Shown here piece by piece: positions 35,390 to 49,245 of a DNA stretch of 64,000 nucleotides (position 1 is its first letter; each line of letters begins with the position of its first letter). This DNA comes from the human T2T-CHM13v2.0 reference genome, Homo sapiens. The stretch lies in assembly GCF_009914755.1 (NCBI RefSeq), contig NC_060934.1. One strand, given 5' to 3'. The notes beneath the pieces were generated by a model. It made no database searches, was not told the origin of the DNA, and saw only the letters and a program-made list of their open reading frames with translations. The translations under genes were made by a program, and so were the position numbers.

Positions 35390-35886
35390 TTAAGACCCAT
35401 GTAAAAGACTTGCTATTCTACAAATCTGCCATATTATTGCTTACCTCCAGACCTTTGTACACACCCCTCCTTCCTCTTGTTCATGTAACTCCTATTTGCT
35501 TTCTTTAAAACTAAGTTGAGAAACCACTTGCTCCAGGAATCTTTCCTTGATTACATATTAGTCTGGGTTTGATGCCTCTCCTATTTTTTTCTCACAGCAT
35601 GCTGTGCATATGTCTACCACTGCATTGATCAAACCCATAGTGAATGCATCTGGTTTACTTGTCTGTGGTCCCCCAATAGCTGATAAATATCTTGAGGGAG
35701 CTAGGATCAACTTATTCGTCATTATTTCCCAAGTTCTTGCATAGTACTCAACAAATAACAGGCATTCGATGTACTTACTTAAATGAATGAATGACTTGTG
35801 TGTAAAGAATATTTGAAAAGAAAAATTTCAAAAAAAAAGAAGCTATAAAAGTCTGCAATACAGCTATTTTATTTGAATAAACTCAC

Positions 35887-36370
35887 AATCTCTTCAGGAG
35901 ATTCCTTTGAAGGGGACAAATAATATGGTTGCTTGCAGGTGTCTGCAAGTATGTGGTGTTTTTCATAGTTTCCTCCTCTTTTACTACAAACCTCCTTGAA
36001 GGTTTAATCTATTGTACAGAGGAAAAATAAAACCCAAACCTAAAAGGCAGGAGGGATTGTAAATAGCTCATTTATATCTGGGCATCGAGAAAGGTATTAT
36101 TTTTGACTCCACTCTTCATCCTATCATTTTCCAAAGACAGACAATTGGCTTGCCAAATAGAATAATCACCATCCTTCCTGTGGCCCTCCCAACACTGCGG
36201 GCGGATAATATATAGGCCTCGAGAGCTTATCTCCCCATCATCCCTTGTATCAACTTTGGCATTGTCTCTGCCCCCCTTTAAATGGAAGCCTCAATGGACA
36301 CTATAGATCATAAGACTTCCACCAAGGGCTCCAACACAAACAATTACTAAAAACATTGATAAATGGTTTG
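35887..36370 (-). pseudogene. Pseudo-exon NHLSMFLVIVCVGALGGSLMIYSVH*GFHLKGGRDNAKVD...HIICPLQRNLLKR
   Basis: ttttttctcataaag acceptor, ATT|GTGAGT donor, 484 nt = 2+160 codons+2, only 3 stops; phase 2 fits the 28908 acceptor. Confidence 0.7.
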
Positions 36371-36456
36371 CTTTATGAGAAAAAATGCATCATTTATTAT
36401 GTGATGTTTATCCTAGTTAAAATGAAGTTCCTCCAAATGCAGCATTTGTGACTTAC

Positions 36457-36627
36457 AGAGAAGGGGGAAGAGAAGTGAGAGAAGGAGAGTTGGGACTGTC
36501 CATTTGAAGAGATGTCGGATCTAGGCAGAAAGCCAGCAAACCATTTCAGTGCGAAGGAGCAGCTCTTCGGTGTTCTCTGGTTTGTTTCCAAATCTCTTTC
36601 TAAGTCCAGGGTCCACATCCATTGGCT
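36457..36627 (-). pseudogene. Pseudo-exon PMDVDPGLRKRFGNKPENTEELLLRTEMVCWLSA*IRHLFKWTVPTLLLSLLFPLL
   Basis: ctctatag acceptor, TCT|GTAAGT donor, 171 nt; 86-nt intron to the next exon in phase 1. Confidence 0.65.
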
Positions 36628-38374
36628 CTATAGAGTCAAAACTTCCTGGGAAAGAATCATATAAAAAATTAAAAAGAGAGTAAAAAACAAATTTCTTGTC
36701 AACAGAAGCTCTTAGGTCAGCCTGGGTACCCTGCCCAACATCTTTTGTATATGCCTCAGAAGATTTGCAGATGTGAGTCTATCAAATTACTTTGAGGATG
36801 AATTGAAATGTAATCACCCTGGCTAGCCCAATTTTCAGTGACCATATCAGAATGAGCTGCAGTATAACCCCCAAGATCTCAGTGCTAAACACAACAAACA
36901 TGTATTTCTCACACACTCTACACGTCTAATGCAGATCAGCGATGGTGGGTGGTATCTGGATCATTTTAGTCACTCTAGGACACAGGATGATAGAGAATTC
37001 CTCTCCATGTACGCTTCACAACCACCATGGCACAAGAAAAGCAATATGGTAAATTACATGCTGGCTGTTCAAGCTCTGCAGAAAGTGACATCACTCCTAG
37101 TCACATCTCATTGGCCAAAGCAGGCCACATGGCCACACCAAGTTTCAAAGGGGATGAAGAAGCATCATCTTACCCCATGCCCAGAAGGCCAGGCAAACAG
37201 GAATGTTTGTAAACAGTTTTATTTCAATCACAGTGACCCTTCCCACATTTTCATATGCACTGCCATAAGCTATTTTAGTGGATACTATCTTTAGCAGGCT
37301 CTCTCAAAGCTGAAAATGAGGTGAGCCCACCTTGGGAGGGAAATGATTGACTTTTCTAAAGCAGAAGACTAACCACATAAGGATGCTGCAGATGGAATTC
37401 AAGCACCAGGGTGAAGACTGAGTTAGATTGACTGGTAAGCCCTTTCCAAGCCAGATTCTATAGTTCCAGGATATACAGGAATGCTAACCTAGGCTATTTT
37501 TGTTAATTCAGGCTAAAAATTTGCCAGTTCAGGCTAAAGATAAAGCAAATACACCATAGTGGAATTTTTTGGCTTCGAATTGTCCAGATAAATTATCCTG
37601 ATGCTTATTAACTCATTCAACAATGAATGAATTACTTAATGTGTGCCAATAAAGGAGGAAGATGTGATGGGTGCTATCATGATGGGAAAAATATTTATTA
37701 GGTAGTTGTTTCTAATTCCTGAGTCCCAAGGACAGTGGATATTGAGAATGATCTTTAATTTTGTTGAACAAGGCTTAAAGATAGGTATACAAACTGAAAG
37801 AGAAGGCTAGTTTGCAACATGAGGAAAGTGATAAAGACATCTGGAAGGAAAGATCCCAGATATGGGGAGGATATTGGAACGTGTGTGGCTAAGAAAGGGC
37901 TGTAAATGGAGAGACAAAAAGAGAAGTAGGCAAGGGAGTAGGTGTGGGGGAGGAAGAACAGCAAATAGGGCAGTTCCCCATGAATGAGACCTCTGGGAAA
38001 GGAGTTGAGGCATTTAAAGGGGATGGTGGGATAACTTTTGCTGTGCAGAGTATAATACAATTCTCTCCTTTCAAAGCCCTCCTACATAAGCTAGGAATGT
38101 TTTACAATATATAATTGTATTTTGGGGAAATTGATGATATACCTAAATTGGCCCCATGGATAACCCAAGGTCTTTGCAGGTTATCCTGACCAGCATCATA
38201 GAAAAAAATAAAGCACAAATACAGGTGCAGGGAAATCCAACTTTGTTGAAGAAGAGGAATAGGGAGGGATTCAAAGAGAAGACGTAATAAAGTGAGACTT
38301 TTAGGGGCCTTGAGATAGAATGAATGTATTTGCATGTGGGAGAAATGTGAATCACTGGAGGCCAAAGGGTGGAC

Positions 38375-38940
38375 TGTAGCAGACAGACTCCAAGAGAACC
38401 CTCAGTGAGTCACACCCACATATAATCCCTTCCCCTTGAGTGTGTGTATGAAATAGTCGACTTGCTTCTAGCCAAAAGAGTGTGTCAAAGTGAGAGAGAC
38501 TTAATTCCTTGATTGTTATGTTATACAAGTCTCTGTCTCAGCAAACTATAGCAAAAGATTCTCTTGCTGGCCTTAAAGAAGAAAGTCACCATATTGTGAG
38601 AGGGTCTGTGAGGGGGCCATGTGGCAAGGAACCGTGGGGGCCTCTAGGGTCTGAGAGTAGCTCCCTCTGAGAGTCCAAATGCAAGCAGAAACATCAGTCC
38701 TACAACCACAAAGAACTGAATTTTGTTAAGTACCTCATGAGCTGGGAAAAGGACCATGAGCTTCAGAAAGGAAGGCAGCTCAGCCAACACATTGGCGATA
38801 GCCTTTGAAATCCTGACAAGAGGACCAACTAAGCCATGCCAAGATGTCTGACCCACAGAAGGTATGAGATAATACACGTGTGTTGTTTTAAGCTACTAAG
38901 TTTGTGACAATTTATTATGTAGCAATAATAAACCAATACA
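38375..38940 (+). mobile_element. MLT1-type LTR
   Basis: TGTAGCAGACAGAC...GGCCATGTGGCAAGGAAC...CCAATACA. Confidence 0.75.
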
Positions 38941-39500
38941 AGAGGTGAGTATCAAGGACTGAATATATGAGCTCACTTAGTGGGAAGAGAGAAAAAGCTC
39001 TATAAGCAGAATCAATAGCACTGGGGCATGGGAAATGATGGCTTATTTGGGGGACTGTGAGTGGTTAGGTATGGCTGGCCTAGAGGGAGAGCCACAGGAA
39101 GGGTGGGAGATGGGGGGCTACATAGAGGGGCCAGACCATGGAGAACACACCTTATATCCTACAGGGGGAGTTTAGGCTTTATTATATATTATACGGAGTG
39201 CTCGACAAATACTTTTTGCTCTGTTTTCAGATATCTAGGACTTATCTGAGAGAAAAGACAAGGTGTAAATCATGGCTACCCTGGCTGCCTCCTGTCTCTC
39301 AGCCTGCTGCCCCATCCCAGGGAGTCCCTACTCAGTGGAGCAACAACACACAACTGTTCCAAACAACAAACTGCTCCACACTCCTCAAGAGTAGATAACA
39401 TTTTCTTGTTTCTGAACCCAACAGCTGAAACCAATCTACTATTTACTTTATTTATTTAATATATATTTGTTGAATATCTATTAAGTGGATCCATCACTTT

Positions 39501-40841
39501 TGTCAACAAAAAGAGACAAACACTGTAAAATATTTAAAGAGGTTTATTCTAAGCCAAATAAATGACCATGGCCCAAGGGACAGTCTCAAGAGGTCCTGAG
39601 AATATGTACCCAAGGTAGTCAGGCTGCAGCTTGGTTTTATACACTTTAGGGAGACATAAGACATCAATCAATACATCTAACGTATACTTTGGTTCAATCC
39701 AGAAAGGTGGGACAACTCAAAGTGAGGGCTTACAGTTCATAAGTGTATTCAAAGATTTTCTGATTCATAGATGGTTGAAAGAGTAAAGTTATTATCTAAA
39801 GACCTGGAATCAATAGAAAGGAGTTTCTGGACTAAGATAAGGATTGTAGAGACCAAAGTTCTTACTGTGTAGTTGAAGTCTTGTAGGTGGCTGCCCTTGG
39901 AGGCAATAGAAGGTAAATGTTTTCTATTCAGACACTTAAAATGAGCTAGACCTTTCTGCTAATCTCTTCAGGATCAGAAAAAAACCTGGAAAGGGAAAGG
40001 GATTCTGTACATAATGTAAATTTCTCCCACAAGAGACAGCTTTGTGGGGTTTTTTAAAAATATGTCTCGAACTCCTGACCCCTAGTGATCTGCCTGCCTC
40101 AGCCTCCCAAAGTGCTAGGATTACAGGCGTGAGCCACCACTACTCAGGAGGCTGAAGCAGGAGAATTGCGTGAACCTGGGAGGCGGAGGTTGCAGGGAGC
40201 CAAGATCGCATCACTGCACTCCAGCCTGGGTGACAGGGCAAGACTCCATCTCAAATAAAATAAAATATAAAATAAAATAAAATATAAAATAAAATAAAAT
40301 AAAATAAAAATATGTCAAAGAAATATATTTTGGGGTAAAATATTTTCTGATTTCTTTCAGGGTTATCTGTCATGTTATGCTATACTCAAGTCAGGTTGGA
40401 ATTTGATATTGTATTACTATGAAGATTCAGTTTTGTCATTATTAAGATGTCTGTTTTAATAGTTTCTTTTAATTTTTTTTAATTTTTTATTTTATAAAGA
40501 CAGGGTCTCACTCTGTCATCCAGGCTGGAGTGCAGTGGCACAATCATAGCTTACTGCAACCTTGAACTCCTAGGTTCAAGCAATCCTCACACCTCAGCCT
40601 CCCAAAATGCTAGGATTACACACACAAGCCACAAGCCACCATGCCTGGCCTCTGTTTTAATGCTGGTCAGTTGTGCCTGAACTCCAAAGGGAGGAGAGTA
40701 TAATGAGACATGTCCCATCTCCCCTTCTCATGATGGCCTGAACTAGTTTTTTAGTTTTCTTTATAATCCCCTCGTCCAAGAGGAGGTGTCTATTCAGTCA
40801 GTTGGGGAGTTTAAAATTTAGTTTTTGTTTGTACTTTTTAC
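39501..40841 (-). mobile_element. MER4-family ERV1 LTR with two Alu insertions
   Basis: TGTCAACAAAAAGAGACAAACACTGTAAAATATTT start and ...TTTACA end; contains an inverted Alu and a FLAM (~40467-40650). Confidence 0.75.
40067..40305 (+). mobile_element. 5'-inverted AluS
   Basis: Antisense left-monomer piece 40067-40140 joined to sense right monomer and tail; single TSD AAAAATATGTC. Confidence 0.85.
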
Positions 40842-40939
40842 AGTTGCTGGGGACACAACAGTGAACGAGACCTTCTTTCAGGGCTTATATTTTAGTAAGT
40901 GATGTTAGTAACCAATGCTTCAGTTTTCACATAGCAACT

Positions 40940-40942
<3 letters not shown>

Positions 40943-40973
<31 letters not shown>

Positions 40974-41367
40974 AGACGGAGTCTTGCTCTGTCACCCAGG
41001 CTGGAAGGCAGTAGTGCAATCTTGGCTCACTGCAAGCTCTGCCTCTGCCTCAGCCTCCCGAGTAGCTAGGACTACAGGCACCCACCACCATGCCCAGCTA
41101 ATTATTTGTATTTTTAGTAGAGACGGGGTTTCCCCATGTTAGCCAGGATGGTCTTGATCTCCTGACCTCATGATCTGCCCACCTCAGCCTCCCAAAGTGC
41201 TGGGATTACAGGCGTGAGCCACCGCGCCCAGCCTTTTTTTTTTTTTAAGTAGAGACAGGGTCTCCCTAGGTTGCCCAGACTAGTCTCAAACTCCTGGGCT
41301 CAGGTGATCTTTTCACCTTGACCTCCAAAAGTGCTGGGATTATAGGCATGAGTCACCCTGCCTGGCC
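40943..41367 (-). mobile_element. AluY/Sc inserted in the tail of an older Alu monomer
   Basis: Dimer 40943-41233 then monomer 41234-41367; outer TSD TTCACATAGCAAC / TTCATGTAGCAAT. Confidence 0.85.
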
Positions 41368-41750
41368 TTCATGTAGCAATTCTTCACTCTGTTATAAGAC
41401 TTGACCGTTAGTTTTAAGTGCTTTACAGAGGAAGTCAAAATAACTGTCATGCTCATATCCACTTCTAAGCCAAACTGCTTGCTCTGTGTGCAGACATGTT
41501 TTTCTATCACATGATACCCCCACCGCTACCCTACACAATCCAACCACAGATAATTGGACCAAGACAGAGCACTTGGTTCAAGAGCCACAAACACTTGGCT
41601 AACCAACAACAAATGATCTAGTATTTCCACAAGGTAGGCCAATCAGATTGTCTCAGGAATCTGAGCAAAAATAAAAATAAAAAAAATCAGAGAAGGAGCC
41701 AGTTAACAGAGAGTTGGAACTGGAAGACTAATGAAAAAACAACCTACAAT

Positions 41751-42882
41751 AAGGGTGACCACACGACTTGTCATCCAAACTGAGACACTGAAGAGTGAAA
41801 GAGGACACCAAAAATTATTAAAATTATACAACTAAAATTAGTGCAAATTATACAAGTGTTACCAAAAATAAAATAAGGAGTTTTACATTTATACCACACC
41901 ATAAGTTACAAAACCACCTTAGCAAGAACGTTCAAAATGTGCTCTATAGGCTCTATGCCAGGACTGCTCAGCCTCTATTTTCTGCATTTAGTTCACATAC
42001 CTCACCAATAATTTTCTAAATTTCTCAATGGCCTGTGATAACTTTGTGCATTTCACAGGCTCAGGCCACAGCACAGCTACCTGGTTGAGCAAGTGGCTGG
42101 CTGAGGCAGCAATGGAATACTTCTCCCATAGCCCACAAGGCCAGAGGGTTAGCTATCGCCATTCCTAGCTAAAGTGCATACATTATGCATCACTTAATGA
42201 GGGGGATACATTATGCATCACTTAATGAAGGGGATACATTCTGAGAAATGCATCGTTAGGCAATTTCATTGTTGTGTGAACATCAAAGTGTGTGCTTATA
42301 CAAATCTAGGTGGTATAGCCTGCTACACACCCATGCTATATGAGATAGCCTATTGCTCCTAGGCTACAAACCTGTCCAGCATATTACTGTACTGAATACT
42401 ATAGGCAATTTAACATAATGGTAAGTATCTGTGTAGCTAAACATATCTACACACTGTGCAGTGTAGAAAATGTACGGTGAAAATATGGCATTATAACCTT
42501 ATGAAACCACTGTCAGACAATCAGTCCATCGTTGACCAAAATATCATTATGCAGCACATGCCTGCACTTTATGGGTGAGTGCCCTGAATCCTACCCTTTA
42601 CAGAGGGTGTTAGTTACATTGTATTAATAAAGAGTCTGGAAAAGAGAAACAGATTATCGTGGCCTTCTTTCAGATTTAATCCTGGATTAAAATGATACCC
42701 AGTTCATTTCACTTGCATTTCACATTTTACTAGACAGAACCATGGTAAAAGCTTTGGTGATGGTCTACCAAAGTCATCCTGGCTTATTTTAATGCTACTC
42801 TTAACAATAAATATCATTAAAAATGAAAAATTCTGGACAAATGTAAAACCACAAGAAATGCCAGACATTATAATTCACCTTA
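41751..42882. mobile_element. hAT-Blackjack/MER81-like element hosting a Tigger3/MER7-type insertion (~42181-42566)
   Basis: AGGGTGACCA...CATCCAAACTGAGACAC start; Tigger3 core TTCTGAGAAATGCATCGTTAGGCAATTTC. Confidence 0.6.
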
Positions 42883-43464
42883 ATTTTCCTGAGATAACTT
42901 GATCTTGGTTTGAAAACAAAAGAACCCAATTATAGTAGTACACCATATGGAGTAGTTAGAATTCTTTTGGCTGCATGCAACAGAAAACTCAATTTAAACT
43001 GGCCTATATTAAAAGGAAATGTATTAGGTCACATAACTATACAACCTGGCTTCAAACAGGTCTGGATCTGGATCTCAATTGACATCAGCAGGATTGATCT
43101 CCTATTTCTGCTTCCTCTGAAGGAGCTACATCCTCAGTCTCCTGGCCATGTCTCCCAACAGTCCAGGCTCTCTCCTCATGGAGATAGTGGCTGTAAACCT
43201 CCTGGTGCTACCCCAACCCACAGAGTGTGTCCCAGCATCTCAGCGAAAGTCCTAAGATTGACTTCGATTGGATCCACCCCTGAAGTAACCATGAGGTCCA
43301 CAGAAACAGCACAAATTCTTCAGTTAAACCACACAGCACCCTCCTCTGGTGCTCAGGGTGGGTAAATTCCTGTCTAACCCTCATGAGAAAGATCCTGGTT
43401 GATCATGCACCAAATTGTTGTCCTTTTCCTCATGGGCCTAGTCCTTGTGACCAAGTGACTGAGT

Positions 43465-43978
43465 TCCAGTAAAGGTGTTCAGAATACACCACTGTGGCAC
43501 AAAAATCATTTGGGACTGGAGGCATGTGAGGATCAACAGATGCAAAAACGTTTTTTTAACTCCTCTTACCTGCCTAAAAACAGAAAGAATTCAACTGTCA
43601 AAAATCCCATCCCAGGGCAGAGAACATCAATTCCTATCACCAGAAAAGAGATGTCAACATCAGAATAAGAAATCACCTAAACAGAAGTTGTCACAAAACT
43701 ATCATATCTCCAATCTATTCTCCTACGGGCCCATTTACCTTTCTTAAAAGTCATTGGTTCTCCTGTAAGTGCCTTTCACCCCACACTTTCCCTATTAAGA
43801 TGGTATATAAACTCCAAATTCTAATTACCTCCTTGAAGCATATTTTTCTGTGAACTCCTGTGTACTACATCAATAAAAATCTGTCCTTTCTTTGCCAATC
43901 TGTCTTTTGTCTGTTTAGTTTGCAGGCCCCCAGTCACAAACCTAAGAGAGTAGAGGAAAAGTTTTTCCTCCCTAACAC
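43465..43978 (+). mobile_element. ERV1 solo LTR (MER34/MER31-like)
   Basis: TATATAA and AATAAA signals; ends TTTTTCCTCCCTAACA. Confidence 0.6.
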
Positions 43979-44449
43979 AGCCAATTGAATGAGAGCAGAA
44001 GTGAAGTACACCCCTCCAAGCTCGGCCTATAAAATGTGCCACACACTCCTCTAAATTGTTCCAAACATTCTTAAAGTTGTCCAATAACTGAATTAAATAT
44101 CATTTTTTAAATTTAAAGTTAAATGAATAGAAATTAAATTAAAAATTCAGTTCATGTTTAATTGCCTCAATTTTTCTAGTATTTCTTAAACATTGCTGAA
44201 TTGGCCCCAGATATATGATACTAAATTTTGGTCATTTGCCTAAGTTTTCAGATCAGAGAATGTACTAAGGCTTAGAATAAGTGCTAAATCCTATGGTTCT
44301 CATGTTGTTCATAAATACCTGCCAAAAATCAACTATAATTATTGTTCTCTTGATATACAATTAAATAAAAGAGAAGAATGATGATCATTAAGAGCATGTG
44401 ACATAACATAGTGAAAGGGTGCACACACTAGAAGGTAGAAGAATTGAGC

Positions 44450-45184
44450 CTCAGTGTTCCCTGTGCTACCTATCAATTTCCTGACTCAGGGTTCCAAATC
44501 CACCCCTCATTGCCCTGCCTAGCCTGCTGGCACACCTGCATGACGTTAAGCTCTAGCATCAGTAGAAAACATGGGAGGGACACAGGCTGAAGAACAAGCT
44601 TTTCCTCCTGGTTCCTGGGCTGGTGCGCATGGAACACCAAATGAAGCTCTCCCCTAACAAACGTAAGTGGAATGCCAGTGGGTACCATGGGTGCTTACCC
44701 TTTCAGTAAGTTTAGTAACATCCTCCATGGGCAGCTTCACCAGGAGTTTTGAAAGTGCCCTAGCTTCAGCAGCAATCCTCCTAAACAGGTGGATTCATGT
44801 GAGTTCCATGGGTTCCCCAGCTGGCCTCATGGTGAGTGCAGGAGCACTCCTTTCAAGGCAGCTTCCCTGTAAATTTCATCAGCACCCAGCAGGCAGTTTC
44901 CTGTCAGTCTAGGCTTGCTCAGGCAACCCTCTGACTTTCTCTGCCGTTTAGTGAACTATAACCATACCTTCTCCAATAAGGTCTGAATCCCATCTTTGGG
45001 GAGGGCACCCCTTTTCAAGTTTGTCTTTTACTGGGTATGCTCTCAGAGCCCTAAAGTATATTCTAAGAATTCTTTCCTCTCCCCTTTTAGTGAAGTTCCT
45101 GTAAATAGTAATTCTTTTTATAAAACGTTCTTGTTCAAGTTACTGTGTGGTTTCTGTCTCCTGCCTAGACCCTAACCGATACAC
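44450..45184 (+). mobile_element. ERVL-type LTR
   Basis: Ends GGTTTCTGTCTCCTGCCTAGACCCTAACCGATACA; a related copy lies at ~59690-61290. Confidence 0.55.
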
Positions 45185-45189
45185 CTTCT

Positions 45190-45911
45190 TGTCCAGGTGA
45201 TATTGGGTGAGACAGGTCACATCTCCAGACCTTGTGAGTCCTTTCTGGACTTAGAAAGTAGCTTTCTGTCAGTTGATACCTATTAAAAAGCAACATCACC
45301 ATTTTTTATGAAATTATTAAGACCACTGACTTCTCAGTTTGAGAAAGAAGACATAAAAATGATTACAATTCAGCTTTTACTGATAACCTGTGAGAGTTGA
45401 GAAATGTCTTGCTGAAGTAAATGGCAAATGAAACTAATATTATCCCACTCTAGTGAGACAATCATGTTGGCAGCTTTTTTTTCATATTTCGCTTTGTTGA
45501 ATGATATTTTCCTCTAGTGTGGATCTCCAAGAACCAGGAATAGAGAGTGCATGAGGAATTCCATGCAAGACTAAAGCTGATCTCGGTCTTCTTGTGCTAC
45601 TGGACACTCAGCAAGGCAGGCTTCTTCAATTATTCACACTACCTTTCCCACAAGATGAATCTCATTCAGGCTGTCATGTGCCCATCTCAAAGCCCAGTGC
45701 TATAAACACCCTGGGCGAAGGCAACGTGGCATTCTCTAGACTTCCGTGGCCTGCCTGGTGCTTGGGCCTCAGGCTAGAGTGGCTCTGCTCTATGGGAATT
45801 TCAAACAGAAATTTTACTGGGGGAAAAGCACCATGAAGCATTCAACAAGAGGAATAGTTAGAAGCAGAAATCATACTGCTGTCAATCAGGAATCACCAGC
45901 TCTGATCCTTT
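45190..45911 (-). pseudogene. Candidate large pseudo-exon, frame unresolved (...KISFNKAKYEKKAANMIVSLEWDNISFICHLLQQDISQLSQVISKS...)
   Basis: Unique sequence with a good acceptor (ttttgtctcatctgtacag); two frames are comparably stop-poor; abuts an LTR at ~45184. Confidence 0.45.
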
Positions 45912-46227
45912 CTGTACAGATGAGACAAAAGAAGAAAATATGAAAGGAAATGATGGGGCAAAAGGAAGTATTTACTAGCACCACCAGATCTCATTTGGGC
46001 ACTTCAAGGAAAACAGTAAATAAAAGAATCTCTATTATCAAGGCAATTGAAAAGGAGAAAGATTCAAGTCAGAAAACAGGAGGGCAACTGGATAAGAGAC
46101 CAAATCCAAACTGATTTTAAATCAAACAAAATAACATGAAAAGTATGAAGTATGTTATATCACAGGTGTTTTGTATATCATCTTCATTTTCTGATTTTAA
46201 TTCATCGGGTTTTAGAACCCTAATTAC

Positions 46228-46778
46228 TGTAGCAATGGGGAGGAAACAAACTTTTTTCTCTACCCTCTTAGGTTCAGTCCTTGGGGCCCTGCAAATTGAA
46301 CTTAGATCAACAGGAGAGAGTGGTTATTTTATAAATATGGTGGAGGGCCTCACAGAAATAAAATGAAAACTCCAAAAAGGTGGTCAGACCCAGAGGCTCA
46401 TATACCATTTTAACAAAGAAGAATAAATTTGTGTAGAAATGACAAAACAAAGGAATAGAGTTTTGAGCTTCTAGGAACAGTAAATTGTGACAAGATAAAT
46501 ATATGAGGAACCTAATGGAAGATAAGGATTGTTTAGTAAAGTTTGTGCAGGCCCATCTTGATGCTGACTTTCTGTCTCCTTCAGGGCCATAAAACTTCCC
46601 TGGTAGAGAAGACTCATGGCAGTCCTCATTTCTCGGAAGTTTCTGCTCTTAGTCAGATAAGAGAAGGTCTAAGAAGGCTTCTTTCTATACCTGTTGATTC
46701 TCAATGGCCTGCAGCTCAAAATAATTTTTATGCCAAAGTGGCATATTTTGGGGTGGCATATTCTGATCTCCTTCCACA
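46228..46778 (-). mobile_element. MER31-like ERV1 solo LTR
   Basis: CTCTACCCTCTTAGGTT...ATGCCAAAGTGGCATATTTTGGGGTGGCATATTCTG. Confidence 0.7.
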
Positions 46779-48066
46779 GCAATAACGATTATAACACCAT
46801 CTTGAATTTATCTAGAGAGATGTAGACTCTTTAGCAAGCACTATCATCATGAATATAATGGCTCTCTCATTCTGAAATAAATGTTATGTGAATGTTTAAA
46901 GTTTTGTAAATGCTAATTTCTAGTCAGGAAAACAAATCAATTCAGGAATTAGCCACAACAGGAAACTAACATGAAAAATTACAAGTTATTTCCAGATTAC
47001 ATGAAACTATCCCCGAAATAGGCAGCTATTGTGCTTCACAAAGCATTTTCTTATTCATTCAACAAAAATGTATTCAGCACTACTAAGCATCAGGTATTAT
47101 TCTAGGCACAGTGAATAAAATAGACAAATGCCAGCTCTTACAAACTTACATTCACCATTTCATTGGGCTCTTAGTCCTACCTTTTTGAGACAAGTTGTCC
47201 AGCATTAACCTCAAAACTGCCACCAGAAACAAAGATAACCTGTTAGTGCAGCATGTTGAAGAACGGGGTGGCGAGTAATACTATGAAACTTGAAATCACA
47301 TATTCAACATTTTAAATCCTGATTCAAATCCTACATCCATCTATTATTAACTATGTGATCTTTAGCAAATAACCAAATTTTTCTCAGCCTCAGTTTCCTG
47401 TTCTGTAAAATGGAGATGGCAGCAGCCTAACCCTTCATGTAAGGGTGAAAACTAAATCAAAATATGGACACTCTGTGAAGAGCTTTACATTCAAAAGGCT
47501 TTCTAAGGAATGGAATGGAATAGAATGAAACTGGCTTGGATTGAATTAGATTGACAGGAGTACTATAAAACCAACAGGGAGGAGATTGTGGATGGGAGTA
47601 GTCTCTTGCTTGTCTCATGCATTGCCTAAGAATTATTTAGAGTTGATTCAAGAGAATTGCAGTTTGTAAATCACTTGGACAAAATCAAATCCTTGTTTAT
47701 CCTAATAGTCACAAAGTTTCCACTTATGAAGTGTTTATTAAGTGACTGGCACTTCATGAGTCAGACTCTTTAGGTACACAGTTTCATTTAATCATTACAA
47801 ATCTCAAAGAAGTAGATACTATTACTTAGGGAGCTGAAAGACAGAAACAGTTGTTAGAATTCAAAGCCAAAGGTCTGCTTTGTGACAGCATTGCATAAAG
47901 CCTAACAGCTTGGCCATCACCCCCTTATCCAGACCATTGTGGTGGCCTTTTCAAGAGTTTTTCCAACCCCATCACTACACCCTCCAGCCTATCCTCCATA
48001 TTGTGGCTAGAGTGCTATTTTTAAACATATTTACTCTGCCTTTAATCTGCTTAAAGCCATGTAACA

Positions 48067-48220
48067 CAGTGATTCTCAAACTTTAACATGCACAGAGGAC
48101 ACTGTTCAAGTACAGATTCCGATGCAGTGGGTCTTGGGCGGAGCCCGAGGGTCTGCTTTCCTAGCAAGCCCCCAGGGATGCAGCTGCTGCAGTTCCCAGA
48201 ACCACACTCGATGGAGCTAG
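48067..48220. mobile_element. MER5A-type DNA transposon
   Basis: CAGTGATTCTCAAACTTT start and MER5 core. Confidence 0.65.
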
Positions 48221-48839
48221 GCTTTCTTAGAGCCTCACCACATGCAGAGCCAAGTCCAAATGCACTACTTCAACACACCGCATAATATTCTTTTTCTTTC
48301 CTACTCCCAACTAGCTCCAACAGCCCCACGTCCGTACTTTTAACAAACAGAGCTACTTCATGTCCATAGTAAGTTTTCCTTCTGCCTTGTTGAATAGTAT
48401 TTCTATGGCTAGATTGCCCCTTCATGACACCCTGCCTCACCCACTCTTGCCTCCCCTTCAGTCCCCTAGAGTTCCTGCCAGTCCCTTAACACTCAACTCA
48501 GTAGCCATTTGGATGAAGCCCCTCCCAGGTAGGATTAACTGTTCCCTTCTCTGTACCCTGCAGCACTTGGTACTGTCTCAGAAGTAGCTATCTTGTTTGT
48601 ATGCCTAGATCTTTAAGTGCCTATTTCCATCTCCAGACAGGCACTCCTTGCCTTCCTAATTCATGTTTATATCTGGAGTTTGCTTAGTGCCAAACATCAA
48701 CAATGGTTGTAAAGTTGGCTTGCACTAAGGAAACTCAAACCACTTTCAGAATGCTACTATAGACACCAGAAGGATCTGTATAAGGAGTGGCTTTCCAGAA
48801 CAGAGTAAGTTGATTGATTGTCTAAAGATCTGGAGGTGG

Positions 48840-49245
<406 letters not shown>

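Noticed and set aside
45483-45911. Minus-strand frame with seven TGA and no TAA/TAG, suggesting a selenoprotein
   Set aside because: A neighbouring frame is equally protein-like and continues without a frameshift; no SECIS identified; other exons contain TAA/TAG.
43900-46300. Inverted similarity between two LTR ends as one composite element
   Set aside because: Explained by two independent related MER31/MER34-like solo LTRs; no shared TSD.
47507-47552. GGAAT run resembling satellite II/III
   Set aside because: Only a few degenerate units.
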